A stretch of DNA of 61,234 nt from Anaerolineales bacterium (GCA_041821665.1 JBGUDT010000004.1:1-61234), one strand, 5' to 3'; positions 44,115 to 53,878 are shown, counted from the stretch's first letter. Numbers and translations are program-made. The notes: a model not told the origin generated them from the letters alone.

Positions 44115-46362
44115 GCTGATTCCGTGGCTCATTGTCGCTGGGGCACCGTTGGTTCTATTCGGACCGATGCTGGTGCGCGGCGAGGTCCTGTTCTGGGGAA
44201 CGCCCATGCTTCAATTCGTCCCCTGGCGTCAGCTTGCATTCGAAATGCTTTCAGAAGGCGTGCTGCCTTTATGGAATTCATCCTTGGGGATGGGCGCCCC
44301 ATTGCTGGCGAATTATCAGCTTGGCCTCCTTTACCCCCCAAATTGGCTGCTATTCGTGACCGGTGCGGCGTGGGGACATGCTTTGCTCATGATGCTGCAC
44401 CTCATCTTGGGGGGATGGGGAATGATCGCCCTCGCCCGAAAGTTAGGCCTTGGACCCCTGGGTCAGACTACCGCCGGGCTTGCGTTCAGTTTGTCAGGGT
44501 ATCTCGTGGCTCGAGCATGGTTTATCAGTATCGATTCAGCCGTAGCCTGGCTTCCCTGGATCATTCTGGCTGTAGACATGCTCGTCGACGAATTAATTAA
44601 TGGACACGACCGAAAACGAATTGCCCGGTCAATGACCATCCTGGGCTTCCTATTTGCGCTGCAGTGGCTTGCGGGTCATGCGCAGATGGCCTGGTACACC
44701 CTGCTCGGCGCAGGTGCATGGCTTCTATGGAGGGCAATCAGCACGAAGAAGCATCGACTGGCGCTTTCGGCGATGCTTGCCTTTCTTGGCAGCACAGTTC
44801 TCGCCTTTGCGCTTGCGGCGATCCAATTGCTGCCCACGCTTGAATACACATTCCAATCCCAACGATCCGGTGGCATCGACCCTGAGCTTGCACTCACATA
44901 TTCCTTCTGGCCCTGGCGGATGCTAGGTCTCCTACTTCCCGATCTTTTTGGGAACCCCGCCCATGGGAACTATTGGGGGTACGGGAATTATTGGGAGGAT
45001 GCCATCTACATCGGTGTGCTTCCCATCTGTGTTGCTTTGTCCGCAGCGTGGCTGGCAATCAGGAAGCGGAGCCAATACAACAATCTTGGTCGCTTTCTTG
45101 TCGCACTATCGATTGGGGCGATTCTGCTTGCGCTCGGCAGAAATACGTTCATCTACCCGTTTCTATTCCGCCATGTGCCCACCTTTGACCTATTCCAGGC
45201 TCCGACGCGCTGGAATTTGCTTCTCGTTTTCGCACTAAGCTTATTAGCGGGAATTGGAATCGATTCATGGAAAACGCCGACCGGGCGCGGCTTGTACTGG
45301 ATCAGATTGGGAACCGCGGGGGCGGCTGTGATAGGCGTGGCTGCGTATATCGGGACGATTCTAGTCGAAGGAGTAGAACCATCCTTTGTGCGGGCCTTCG
45401 CCATCGCGGGAGCATGGCTCTTTGTCACGGGTATGATCATTCTCTTTGCCAGGAGGGTGGGATCCCTTGGAGTTGTTCTCCTCGTAGGGGTCGTACTATC
45501 GATCGATTTGCTCCTGGCTGGGCGTGGGCTTAACCCATCCACAACGGCAGATTTGTATCAAGGTGAGAGCGCTTTATATTCACAGATCGAACCAAACCAG
45601 CGGATATTTATGCCTGATGAGTTGGAACAAGAGTTGAAATTCGAGGACTTTTTCCGGTTCGACACGTTCGACTCCAGGGTGGACTGGCGTTGGGTTCGTG
45701 ATTCGGGCCTGTCGAATGTAACGATCCTGGACGGCCTTGTTTCAGCGAATAATTTCGACCCGCTTCTACCCGGAAAATATGTGAGCTGGATGGAGAGTCT
45801 GACCGAAGTGCCAATACAGGAGCGGAGCGGTCTACTCTCACTTATGAACATTGGATGGCTCATACTTCCCCATGAAAACATGCCTGAGAGCGTGACCATT
45901 AAAAAGCTTGAAGGCGCTCAGAGAGTTTGGTTTGTTCCACAAGCTCTTTATGAGCCGACCGATGAAGTCGCTCTCGATGAAGTAATGTCGCCAGATTTCG
46001 ATCCTTCAACCACGGTCATCCTGGATGAACCATTCCCATCCGAATATGTCGGTTCGTCCGAGGGGGAAGTTCTGGTGTTTGATGAATCTATAACCGGGGA
46101 AATATCCATGGATGTGTTCGTCGAGAAGGGGGGCTGGCTCCTTCTTTCGGATACCTGGTTTCCAGGATGGAGGGTTTCCATTGATGGGGCACCTACAAAG
46201 TTGTTTCGAGGGGATTATGCCTTTCGAGCTATATGGGTTCCTCCCGGAAATCATATAGTGGAATTTGCGTATCAACCCCTTTCATTCTGGTTGGGGGCTT
46301 TGATCAGCATGGTCGCCTGGATCGGTCTTATCATAGTGGTGGTGCGATGGCGACTAGATTAA
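44086..46362 (+). CDS. YfhO-like GT-C membrane glycosyltransferase B'
   Basis: TTG start overlapping A' by 29 nt. LPLWNSSLGMGAPLLANYQLGLLYPPNWL. C-terminal FPGWRVSIDGAPTKLFRGDYAFRAIWVPPGNHIVEFAYQP plus a terminal TM. Confidence 0.7.
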   Translation: MRLKLSDRNKLIPWLIVAGAPLVLFGPMLVRGEVLFWGTPMLQFVPWRQLAFEMLSEGVLPLWNSSLGMGAPLLANYQLGLLYPPNWLLFVTGAAWGHALLMMLHLILGGWGMIALARKLGLGPLGQTTAGLAFSLSGYLVARAWFISIDSAVAWLPWIILAVDMLVDELINGHDRKRIARSMTILGFLFALQWLAGHAQMAWYTLLGAGAWLLWRAISTKKHRLALSAMLAFLGSTVLAFALAAIQLLPTLEYTFQSQRSGGIDPELALTYSFWPWRMLGLLLPDLFGNPAHGNYWGYGNYWEDAIYIGVLPICVALSAAWLAIRKRSQYNNLGRFLVALSIGAILLALGRNTFIYPFLFRHVPTFDLFQAPTRWNLLLVFALSLLAGIGIDSWKTPTGRGLYWIRLGTAGAAVIGVAAYIGTILVEGVEPSFVRAFAIAGAWLFVTGMIILFARRVGSLGVVLLVGVVLSIDLLLAGRGLNPSTTADLYQGESALYSQIEPNQRIFMPDELEQELKFEDFFRFDTFDSRVDWRWVRDSGLSNVTILDGLVSANNFDPLLPGKYVSWMESLTEVPIQERSGLLSLMNIGWLILPHENMPESVTIKKLEGAQRVWFVPQALYEPTDEVALDEVMSPDFDPSTTVILDEPFPSEYVGSSEGEVLVFDESITGEISMDVFVEKGGWLLLSDTWFPGWRVSIDGAPTKLFRGDYAFRAIWVPPGNHIVEFAYQPLSFWLGALISMVAWIGLIIVVVRWRLD

Positions 46363-47444
46363 GGAGCATATGGCCTGCAGCGGTAACCCTCTTTATCACT
46401 GGAGGATACCTGATCATCCGATTGAGCGGTGTAGGGTGGGACCCATCAGGCGTAGCTGAAGTTGGCAGCCGATATCTCAATCTAGATCCACGTGGTGAGC
46501 AAGGGTATGATGGGCAATTCGCTTATTTCATGTCGCTAGACCCGGACCCCGAAAGCGTTGCCCCTCACTTAGATGCACCCGCTTATCGCTACCAGCGAAT
46601 TCTGTACCCACTTTCTGCCAGGTTCCTCTCCTTCACCAACCCAGAAGTGATCCCCTGGATGTTGATTGCCATCAACCTGGGATTTCATGCCCTGGCAACC
46701 TGGGGGCTGGCGAAATATTTTGAAAATCTCGAAATTTGGACTGGTTATGCGCTTGTTTATGGACTCTGGGTAGGGTTAGTCGCCGGAGTAGGGCTCGATC
46801 TCCATGAGCCGCTTGCGTATGGTCTAATTGTCCTCGGATTGTTGGCATGGCAAAGCGGTCGGGGCAAGCTTGGCGCCGTACTCATCGTCACCTCGTTATT
46901 TGCTAAAGAGACGAGCATATTCTTCTGGTTGGCAGCATTATTTGGGTCCTATTTATACGAAGATGATCGTAGTTCAACGCGAATCCTTATCGCGGGTGGT
47001 GCGATTTTCCTGGTATGGCAGATCTGGCTTTATGCGACGTTTGGACAGGTCGGGATTGCCAGCGGTGGGGACATGGCAACGGGCTTTGAGTGGCTGCCAT
47101 TGATGGGCTTCTTTAAGATCGGCACAGAAAATCTGCGCGCCCTCGCACTTTACGCCGTCATCTTTATCCCGTCCATCATCCTCCCGGTTGTGTGGGGGAC
47201 CTTTGCATCAATCCGTGAAATTACACGAGGTTGGCGGAAAACTGAAGCTTGGGCTCTACTGTTCAACGCCATGCTGATCTTGTTCCTGCCGTTTTCAACA
47301 TTTCGAGAACCGCTCGGGTTGGTCCGTGTAGCCACTGGATTCGTCCTGGCGATGCTCGTATACTCGGGGAGCAGGAAGTTACATCGCCCATTGAATTATT
47401 CGATGTTCTGGATACCTATGCTTGTGATCCTAATTCCTCGGTGA
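46347..47444 (+). CDS. Polytopic membrane protein E (putative GT-C/DUF2029-like)
   Basis: Trimmed to MATRLRSIWPAAV, giving a 16-nt overlap with B'. GYDGQFAYFMSLDPDP ... AYRYQRILYPLSARFLS, then about 8 more TM helices. Confidence 0.5.
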   Translation: MATRLRSIWPAAVTLFITGGYLIIRLSGVGWDPSGVAEVGSRYLNLDPRGEQGYDGQFAYFMSLDPDPESVAPHLDAPAYRYQRILYPLSARFLSFTNPEVIPWMLIAINLGFHALATWGLAKYFENLEIWTGYALVYGLWVGLVAGVGLDLHEPLAYGLIVLGLLAWQSGRGKLGAVLIVTSLFAKETSIFFWLAALFGSYLYEDDRSSTRILIAGGAIFLVWQIWLYATFGQVGIASGGDMATGFEWLPLMGFFKIGTENLRALALYAVIFIPSIILPVVWGTFASIREITRGWRKTEAWALLFNAMLILFLPFSTFREPLGLVRVATGFVLAMLVYSGSRKLHRPLNYSMFWIPMLVILIPR

Positions 47445-47561
47445 ACTTCAACCCCGTAATATCGATAATAAATATGGAGGTAATCGCGTTAATCTCAAGG
47501 TAAAATTATTCAAGGAAAGAGGCCTGACAAATGAACCTTCGACTACAACATAGGAGTCCAC

Positions 47562-48509
47562 ATGGTTGATATAAAAGAAGTCGCAGAAAAGTTGCTTGAC
47601 AATGTAGAGAAGGTCATCGTAGGCAAGACCGAACCTATCCGGTTGACGATCATCGGTTTGCTCTGCCAGGGACATATTCTTATCGAAGATGTTCCCGGCA
47701 CGGGTAAGACGATGCTCGCGAAAAGTTTGGCGAGATCTATAGGTTGTTCATTCAATCGAATCCAGTTCACGCCCGATATGCTGCCAAGCGATGTAACCGG
47801 CGTTTCCATTTTCAATCAAAAGACGAGCGAATTTGAATTTCGTGCCGGGCCAGTGATGGCGCAGATTGTCCTGACGGATGAAATCAATCGCGCCACTCCA
47901 AAGACGCAGGCTGCACTACTGGAAGCCATGGAAGAGCGTCAGGTAACCGTGGATGGCGTAACGCATCCCCTGCCAGATCCTTTCATGGTATTAGCAACAC
48001 AGAATCCTATTGAGTATGAGGGAACATTCCAGCTTCCAGAGGCTCAGATGGATAGATTCTTGCTCAGGATAAGTCTGGGTTATCCAGCGACGAAGGATGA
48101 GATCCGCATGTTGGATTTACAGAAGCTCATCCACCCCATCACTGAATTGAAGCAGGTGTTGGAAGCTGACGAACTGCTGGAGGCGCAGCAGTTGGTGCGG
48201 GGAATTGGCGTTTCGAACGAGATCAAGGACTATATCGTGGGTCTCGTCGATACCTCGAGAAAACATGATGAAGTTTATCTGGGGGCGAGCCCTCGGGGGA
48301 GCCTGGCATTGTTCCGTTCATCCCAGGCAAGAGCTGCACTGCAGGGGAGAGATTATGTCACCCCAGATGATGTAAAAAGGATGGCCGTCTCAGCACTTGC
48401 ACATCGCCTCATCGTCGGATCGGCTGCCAGGATTCGTGATGTAGATGCTCGAGATATCGTTGGGGAAATTCTTTCGAGGGTCCCGGTTCCGGGGGGCGAG
48501 ATCGGCTGA
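47562..48509 (+). CDS. MoxR-family AAA+ ATPase
   Basis: AGGAG Shine-Dalgarno sequence. Walker A VPGTGKT, Walker [45 protein letters not shown]. Confidence 0.92.
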   Translation: MVDIKEVAEKLLDNVEKVIVGKTEPIRLTIIGLLCQGHILIEDVPGTGKTMLAKSLARSIGCSFNRIQFTPDMLPSDVTGVSIFNQKTSEFEFRAGPVMAQIVLTDEINRATPKTQAALLEAMEERQVTVDGVTHPLPDPFMVLATQNPIEYEGTFQLPEAQMDRFLLRISLGYPATKDEIRMLDLQKLIHPITELKQVLEADELLEAQQLVRGIGVSNEIKDYIVGLVDTSRKHDEVYLGASPRGSLALFRSSQARAALQGRDYVTPDDVKRMAVSALAHRLIVGSAARIRDVDARDIVGEILSRVPVPGGEIG

Positions 48510-49846
48510 TGACCCGCCGGGCACTTTTTGTTATCGCTCTCTTCATCCTCAGTCTGTTTGGATCTCTCGTAACTGGTAGGGAACTCCTTTACAGCCTCAC
48601 TTATTTTCTCGGTGGGCTAATCTTCATCTCGTTCATATGGGCGAAGACCACACTCCGAGGGATCGAGCTAGAACGCTATCGCCGGTCGAACCGTGCTCAG
48701 GTTGGACAGATATTTATGGAACGGTTCCGCTTACGAAATCGTTCCCGGATTCCGAAGCTTTGGACAGAGGCTAGCGATTCTTCCGAACTCCCAGGGTATA
48801 AGATCGCGGGTGTCACGTCTCGGATGAACATGGGATTACGAGAGGAGGAAGCCGCACATCGCGCCGTAAATGTTACGGTGGGGATTGGATCCGGTCAGAT
48901 CCGAACATGGCTTGTGCGAACGTTGTGCACTCGCCGGGGTCAATACCGTTTGGGCCCACTGACCATCAGTAGTGCAGATCCATTTGGGATATTTCCACAG
49001 GAGATGAGTATCTCCAGCGATCAGAATCTGGTTGTCCTCCCGCTGACCGTTCAGATCCCCGAATTTCCACTCCCGAGCGGTCGCCTCCCCGGCGGCGAAT
49101 CGTTGCGCAGGAGAACCCATCAAATTACACCCAACGCATCCGGCGTGCGTGAGTATGTGCCGGGTGACAGTCTCAGCCGCATCCATTGGCCCTCCACCGC
49201 CAGGCGGCGGCGGCTCATTGTAAAGGAATTTGAGTTAGATCCATTGGCTGAAATCTGGATCGTCCTTGATGCTGCACGTGAAGTCCAGAGGAAGCTCTCA
49301 GACGAACCCGAACGCGAGGGTGGTGGATTTATGGATGGATTTCAGTTTAGATTGCCTCCATCCACTGAGGAGTATTCCATCTCCGCTGCAGCCTCCCTCG
49401 CTCTTCACTTCCTGCAGCTCGATCGAGCTGTGGGTTTGATCGCCTACGGCAATTCACGCCTCGTCATGCAGCCCGAGACAGGTGAATCGCAGCGCTACCG
49501 GCTTATGGAATCACTTGCAGTTTTCGAGTCGACCGGTGAACTGACGATTGAAGAGGTGTTGAAGGTCGAAGGTCCTCAGATTCCGAGAGGTTCCACGGTC
49601 ATCGTTATTACACCCTCACTGGATACGACGATGTTGGGCGCCGTGCGGCGACTCTCGTATACGGGCTGTCAACCTGTGCTGGTCCAGCACGATTTGGAGA
49701 GTTTTGGGGGAGCGCCCGGGACTCATGCTATCGCCGGCGCAGCGGAACGCAGCGGCATTCCCGTACGCATCATGAGAAAGGGCGAACCGCTGGATGTGAG
49801 CTTAGGGACATCGGGTGTGCGGGGCAAGATCCGAGTTGTCGCATGA
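48509..49846 (+). CDS. DUF58 domain protein (MoxR partner) with N-terminal TM helices
   Basis: TGATG overlap with the MoxR gene. GVREYVPGDSLSRIHWPSTARRRRLIVKEFE is the DUF58 signature. Confidence 0.88.
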   Translation: MTRRALFVIALFILSLFGSLVTGRELLYSLTYFLGGLIFISFIWAKTTLRGIELERYRRSNRAQVGQIFMERFRLRNRSRIPKLWTEASDSSELPGYKIAGVTSRMNMGLREEEAAHRAVNVTVGIGSGQIRTWLVRTLCTRRGQYRLGPLTISSADPFGIFPQEMSISSDQNLVVLPLTVQIPEFPLPSGRLPGGESLRRRTHQITPNASGVREYVPGDSLSRIHWPSTARRRRLIVKEFELDPLAEIWIVLDAAREVQRKLSDEPEREGGGFMDGFQFRLPPSTEEYSISAAASLALHFLQLDRAVGLIAYGNSRLVMQPETGESQRYRLMESLAVFESTGELTIEEVLKVEGPQIPRGSTVIVITPSLDTTMLGAVRRLSYTGCQPVLVQHDLESFGGAPGTHAIAGAAERSGIPVRIMRKGEPLDVSLGTSGVRGKIRVVA

Positions 49847-49859
49847 AGATTGCCCCCCG

Positions 49860-51422
49860 ATGAAGATGGACATGAATCGGAGATACCTGGCCCTCGCTGT
49901 TTTTACCAGTGGGATGACCACTCTGGCGATGGAGATCACGGCTTCCAGACTGCTCGGGAACGTGTTTGGAACCAGCAATATCGTCTGGGCAAATATCATT
50001 GGTTTGATCCTCGTCTACCTTACGTTGGGCTATTACATCGGTGGTCGCATAGCAGATCGATGGCCCTTCGAATCCATGTTCTATCGATTGTTGGCCTGGG
50101 GCGCTTTTCTCGCCGGGATCATCCCCATTGTTTCCCGCCCGGTGCTTCTCGCTGCCGCCAGCGCAGTGGAGCTGCTCGACGCTGCGGTCATGATAGGGAC
50201 GTTCCTCGTTGTCCTCATCCTGTTCAGTATTCCGGTGACGATACTTGGATTTACATCCCCGTATGCCATCCGTCTCTCCCTCAAGGATACCGAGCATGCC
50301 GGACGAACGTCTGGTTGGGTTTATGCAGTATCTACACTCGGCTCGATCCTGGGCACCTTCCTGCCGGTTCTTATTCTCATACCCCTCATCGGCACCGCAC
50401 GAACTTTCATCCTTTTCAGTCTCATCCTTCTCGTTGTGGCGTTGATCGGATTATGGCGTTCCGATCGACGGCTTGCAATCTATCATCTCTGGATGCCAAT
50501 AGTTATCATCATTCTGTCAGCGCTCCTCCTGTCTGGATCGATGAAGTCGATTGAGGGGCAGGTGTATGAGACCGAATCGGGTTATAACTACATCCAGGTC
50601 ATAGAACGGGATGGTGTGCGACAGCTTCTCTTGAACGAAGGGCAGGGGGTCCACTCGGTTTATGCACCAGGGCTCATGCTGACCAACGGGACCTGGGATT
50701 TGTTTCTAGCCGCTCCATTCTTTAACCCGCCGACCGAGGGTGAGATTCAACTTGACCGTGTTGGACTGGTCGGTCTCGCTGCCGGCACGATTTCCAAGCA
50801 GTATACGCAGAATTTCGGACCCATCCCGATTGACGGGTGGGAGATCGACCCGAAGATCGTTAATGTTGGTCGTGAGTGGTTCGAGATGAACGAACCAAAC
50901 TTGAACGTGATTGTCGCCGATGGTAGGTGGGGATTAGGTCAATCGGACGAGGTGTACGATGTCATCGGAATCGACGCATACCGCTTGCCTTATATTCCAT
51001 GGCATCTAACTACTCGAGAGTTTTTCCAGGAAGTCGAAGCGCATCTATCACCGACTGGTGTGGTGGTGATCAACGTAGGACGCACTCCGGATGACAGACG
51101 TTTGATCGATGCCATGGCGAGCACAATCGGAAGCGTATTCTCAAGCGTACATGTCGTGGACGTTCCGTACACCTTCAACACCATCATTTACGGAACAGTA
51201 CAGCCGACCTCACCGGAGAATATCTTTCTCCATGCAGCCCAACTTGAGGTCTCCAGATCATCGCCGCTCCTCCTCGAAGTTCTAACGCGTGTCATCGAAA
51301 ATCTCCAGCCGGTGCCGGAAGCGGGTATCATATTTACGGATGATAAAGCGCCGATAGAGAGAATCACGAACGCCATGGTCATCGAGTTTATCCTGGGAAG
51401 CAATTTGGAGGTATTACGTTAG
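49860..51422 (+). CDS. Membrane-fused spermidine-synthase-like (class I SAM-fold) protein
   Basis: About 7 TM helices, then VGLVGLAAGT, WEIDPKIVNVGREWF, VIVADGRWGL, YDVIGIDAY. Confidence 0.75.
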   Translation: MKMDMNRRYLALAVFTSGMTTLAMEITASRLLGNVFGTSNIVWANIIGLILVYLTLGYYIGGRIADRWPFESMFYRLLAWGAFLAGIIPIVSRPVLLAAASAVELLDAAVMIGTFLVVLILFSIPVTILGFTSPYAIRLSLKDTEHAGRTSGWVYAVSTLGSILGTFLPVLILIPLIGTARTFILFSLILLVVALIGLWRSDRRLAIYHLWMPIVIIILSALLLSGSMKSIEGQVYETESGYNYIQVIERDGVRQLLLNEGQGVHSVYAPGLMLTNGTWDLFLAAPFFNPPTEGEIQLDRVGLVGLAAGTISKQYTQNFGPIPIDGWEIDPKIVNVGREWFEMNEPNLNVIVADGRWGLGQSDEVYDVIGIDAYRLPYIPWHLTTREFFQEVEAHLSPTGVVVINVGRTPDDRRLIDAMASTIGSVFSSVHVVDVPYTFNTIIYGTVQPTSPENIFLHAAQLEVSRSSPLLLEVLTRVIENLQPVPEAGIIFTDDKAPIERITNAMVIEFILGSNLEVLR

Positions 51423-51426
51423 CCTA

Positions 51427-52128
51427 ATGGACGAAAACAGACGTGATTCAGCGGTAGCAGTCTCAAGCATACTCATACACTTTGGTCTGCCCCTCGTACT
51501 CCTCCTCACGAGCGTAGTTGTACTTATCACAACAGCACGGTGGTGGACTGAGGTGGAGTATCGACTTCCCGGATTTCCACAAGATCGCTACGGTTTCTCG
51601 CTAGAGGACCGTCTTCGCTGGTCGGCCGTAGACATCGACTTCCTTCTCGGTTCCGATGATATCGCGTTCTATGATGACCTTTTCCTGGACGATGGCTCAC
51701 CGATGCATAACGCCCGTGAATTGAGTCACATGCAGGACGTCAAAAATCTCGTGGATCTTCTCAAGCCCGTATGGCTGATGGGTGTCATTATTTTGTTTGT
51801 GGGGGCCATCATCATCTGGCGACAAGGAGAGTTGGGAGTTCTCTGCGAATCTTTATTGAAGGGATCCCGCCTAACCTTTTTCGTGATGATCGCCATGGGA
51901 CTTCTCTCTTTGTTTGCCTTTGGATTCCTGTTTGTGGGTTTTCACCGTATTTTCTTCGAGGGGAATACGTGGATATTTTCATACTCGGATACCTTTATCC
52001 GCCTATATCCACAGAGATTCTGGCAAGATACGATCGCTTATCTGGCCGTGTTTACGCTCATTGAAGCGGGCGTTCTTTATCTTCTGGCACGCCGGTGTAT
52101 CAAACGAACGGAAGAAAAAGCTGCTTAG
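51427..52128 (+). CDS. DUF1461/TIGR01906-like integral membrane protein (Lit-like)
   Basis: 4 TM helices. GFHRIFFEGNTWIFSYSDTFIRLYPQRFWQD resembles the DUF1461 signature, recalled from memory. Confidence 0.5.
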   Translation: MDENRRDSAVAVSSILIHFGLPLVLLLTSVVVLITTARWWTEVEYRLPGFPQDRYGFSLEDRLRWSAVDIDFLLGSDDIAFYDDLFLDDGSPMHNARELSHMQDVKNLVDLLKPVWLMGVIILFVGAIIIWRQGELGVLCESLLKGSRLTFFVMIAMGLLSLFAFGFLFVGFHRIFFEGNTWIFSYSDTFIRLYPQRFWQDTIAYLAVFTLIEAGVLYLLARRCIKRTEEKAA

Positions 52129-52173
52129 AGCTGTGCAGATGCCTTTTGAGAAGATCCATAACTGAGTCCGAGA

Positions 52174-52217
52174 CACCCTCACCCCAACCCCTCTCCCTGA
52201 AAAGGAGAGGGGCTTTT
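52174..52217 (+). terminator. REP-like element forming an intrinsic terminator after the DUF1461 gene
   Basis: CACCCTCACCCCAA then a 9-bp stem CCCCTCTCC / GGAGAGGGG (loop CTGAAAA) followed by CTTTTGATT. The first 23 nt are repeated in inverted orientation at 103..125. Confidence 0.65.
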
Positions 52218-52277
52218 GATTATCCGTTCCACAATTACGCGTAAATAGGTTGGACATGATAACCCTTTTCGTTATAC

Positions 52278-52306
52278 GTAGAGACACCCCGACGGGGTGT
52301 CTCTAC
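52278..52306. repeat. Perfect 13-bp hairpin element
   Basis: GTAGAGACACCCC-gac-GGGGTGTCTCTAC. Confidence 0.7.
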
Positions 52307-52582
52307 AGAGTTCGCCGAATTAAGACCGCGGCTTGCTCCTCTCCTCGCTGGGGATACCCACTGGCTGAGCTGCTCAAACCTGATGGGTTGAGCTTAAGGC
52401 TGCGAAATGCCCTTCTGCCCTGAGCCCGGAGGTTCAGCTCCGGGCGTCCCCATGTCACGTCATTGTGAGCGCAGGCGCCAGCGCGTGGCAATCTCCACTG
52501 TCATTTCGTAGAGATCGCCTTTTGTGCCGGCTTGATGAATGAGACCTCGGCTGGGGAATCTTGATGGATCTGATACAAGGGC

Positions 52583-52604
52583 GGGCGGACACACGGGTCC
52601 GCCC
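52583..52604. repeat. GC-rich hairpin element
   Basis: GGGCGGAC-acacgg-GTCCGCCC followed by CTAC. A related degenerate hairpin lies at about 59010..59030. Confidence 0.6.
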
Positions 52605-52666
52605 CTACGCGTGACCGGGAGGTAACCTCATCATATTAAGAGGACGAAGCAAAACATTCTCGAGCT

Positions 52667-53878
52667 TCAAGCCCCATATTTTGCAAGGCGACCTGCGTGT
52701 GCCATGAGAAGCTGCATCAAATCTTGCCCTGGAAAAGTTCCCAGGCCACCGGATGCGCAATACCTCTCTCCAAATGCTTCAAGTGGATCCTGGCGAGCGG
52801 TTGCTGGAGCCCATATGAGCAATGGTACCGGATGCCATGAATGCTTTTTTAACTTTGTCGGGGTTGAATGATCCCCCGTAATGGCGATCACATCTGGTTT
52901 AAGATTTAACAGCAATGGCATCGCCGCGTCGACGTCTTCGATCACGCCCTTCTTCCCGTCAAAGTCCCCATCCTCGCCCTTGCTGTCCGTCTTTTTAATA
53001 TGGATGAAAAAGAAATCATAGTCAGCCCAGATGCTGGCGGCCGCGCTGAACTCATCCTCGGGTTTTTCGCCTTCGAAGTTGTGGACGTGCATGCCGACGA
53101 GGCGCGAAACTCCCCGATACATTGGATAGACTGCAACACACGCCGCTCGAAGCCCATAGATCTCAGGAAACTGTGGAAGCTTCGGGTCTTTTGAGAACCC
53201 TCGAAGTGTGAGGGCGTTTGCTTTCGGCTCCTCGCGTAATACCTCCCGGGCGAGTTCTATCCAGCGGTTGAATAAATCGGCTGTCTTTTGAGAGCCCGGC
53301 TCCTCGGCTTGTGCGGGAAGAGGGGGTACGCCAGTCTTCTGCGGGTCTGTATCCGCAATCTCGGCTTCAAGTCCTTCTCCAGCGATGGTGATGGCGAAGC
53401 GGTATTCCCGGAGGTGTTTGACCTCGATTTTGACACCGGGAATGGTAATCTCTGCCAGCCGGTCGACGATGGGGATCGCATCTTCCGATGGTATCCTCCC
53501 GGCGCGACGATCCGTGATGTATCCATCCCCATCGACCGTACAGAAATTACCTCGAGCGGCGACGACATCGCCCCCAATGTTCATGCCAACACCAGATGCT
53601 TCGAGAACTCCCCGACGGACGTCGAACTCCAATGGGTCGTATCCAAAAAGCGAGAGGTGAGCCGGTCCGGAACCCGGTGTGATCCCCAGTCTGATCGGGA
53701 CAATTTGACCCAGAGTTCCTTCTGAAGCAAGACGATCCATATGGGGCGTCTTCGCCGCTTCCAGTTCTGACAACCCGCCTGTTTCCATTTGCATGCCGCC
53801 CAGTCCGTCCAAGATCAGGAGCACGATCTTTGTAGACCCAGCTTGATGGAGTTCACGCATGAGTTGAAAGTTTGCCAT
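52667..53878 (-). CDS. apgM: Cofactor-independent phosphoglycerate mutase, archaeal-type (ApgM family)
   Basis: IVLLILDGLGG, AKTPHMDRLA, PGSGPAHLSLFGYDP, ITGDHSTP. Confidence 0.88.
   Translation of the reverse strand: MANFQLMRELHQAGSTKIVLLILDGLGGMQMETGGLSELEAAKTPHMDRLASEGTLGQIVPIRLGITPGSGPAHLSLFGYDPLEFDVRRGVLEASGVGMNIGGDVVAARGNFCTVDGDGYITDRRAGRIPSEDAIPIVDRLAEITIPGVKIEVKHLREYRFAITIAGEGLEAEIADTDPQKTGVPPLPAQAEEPGSQKTADLFNRWIELAREVLREEPKANALTLRGFSKDPKLPQFPEIYGLRAACVAVYPMYRGVSRLVGMHVHNFEGEKPEDEFSAAASIWADYDFFFIHIKKTDSKGEDGDFDGKKGVIEDVDAAMPLLLNLKPDVIAITGDHSTPTKLKKHSWHPVPLLIWAPATARQDPLEAFGERYCASGGLGTFPGQDLMQLLMAHAGRLAKYGA

Noticed and set aside
44124-44600. 158-aa and similar alternative-frame ORFs inside the GT-C genes (for example 39670..40056 and 42902..43264)
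   Set aside because: They are Arg/Gly/Pro-rich out-of-frame products of GC-rich coding sequence. The overlapping frames encode coherent TM proteins.
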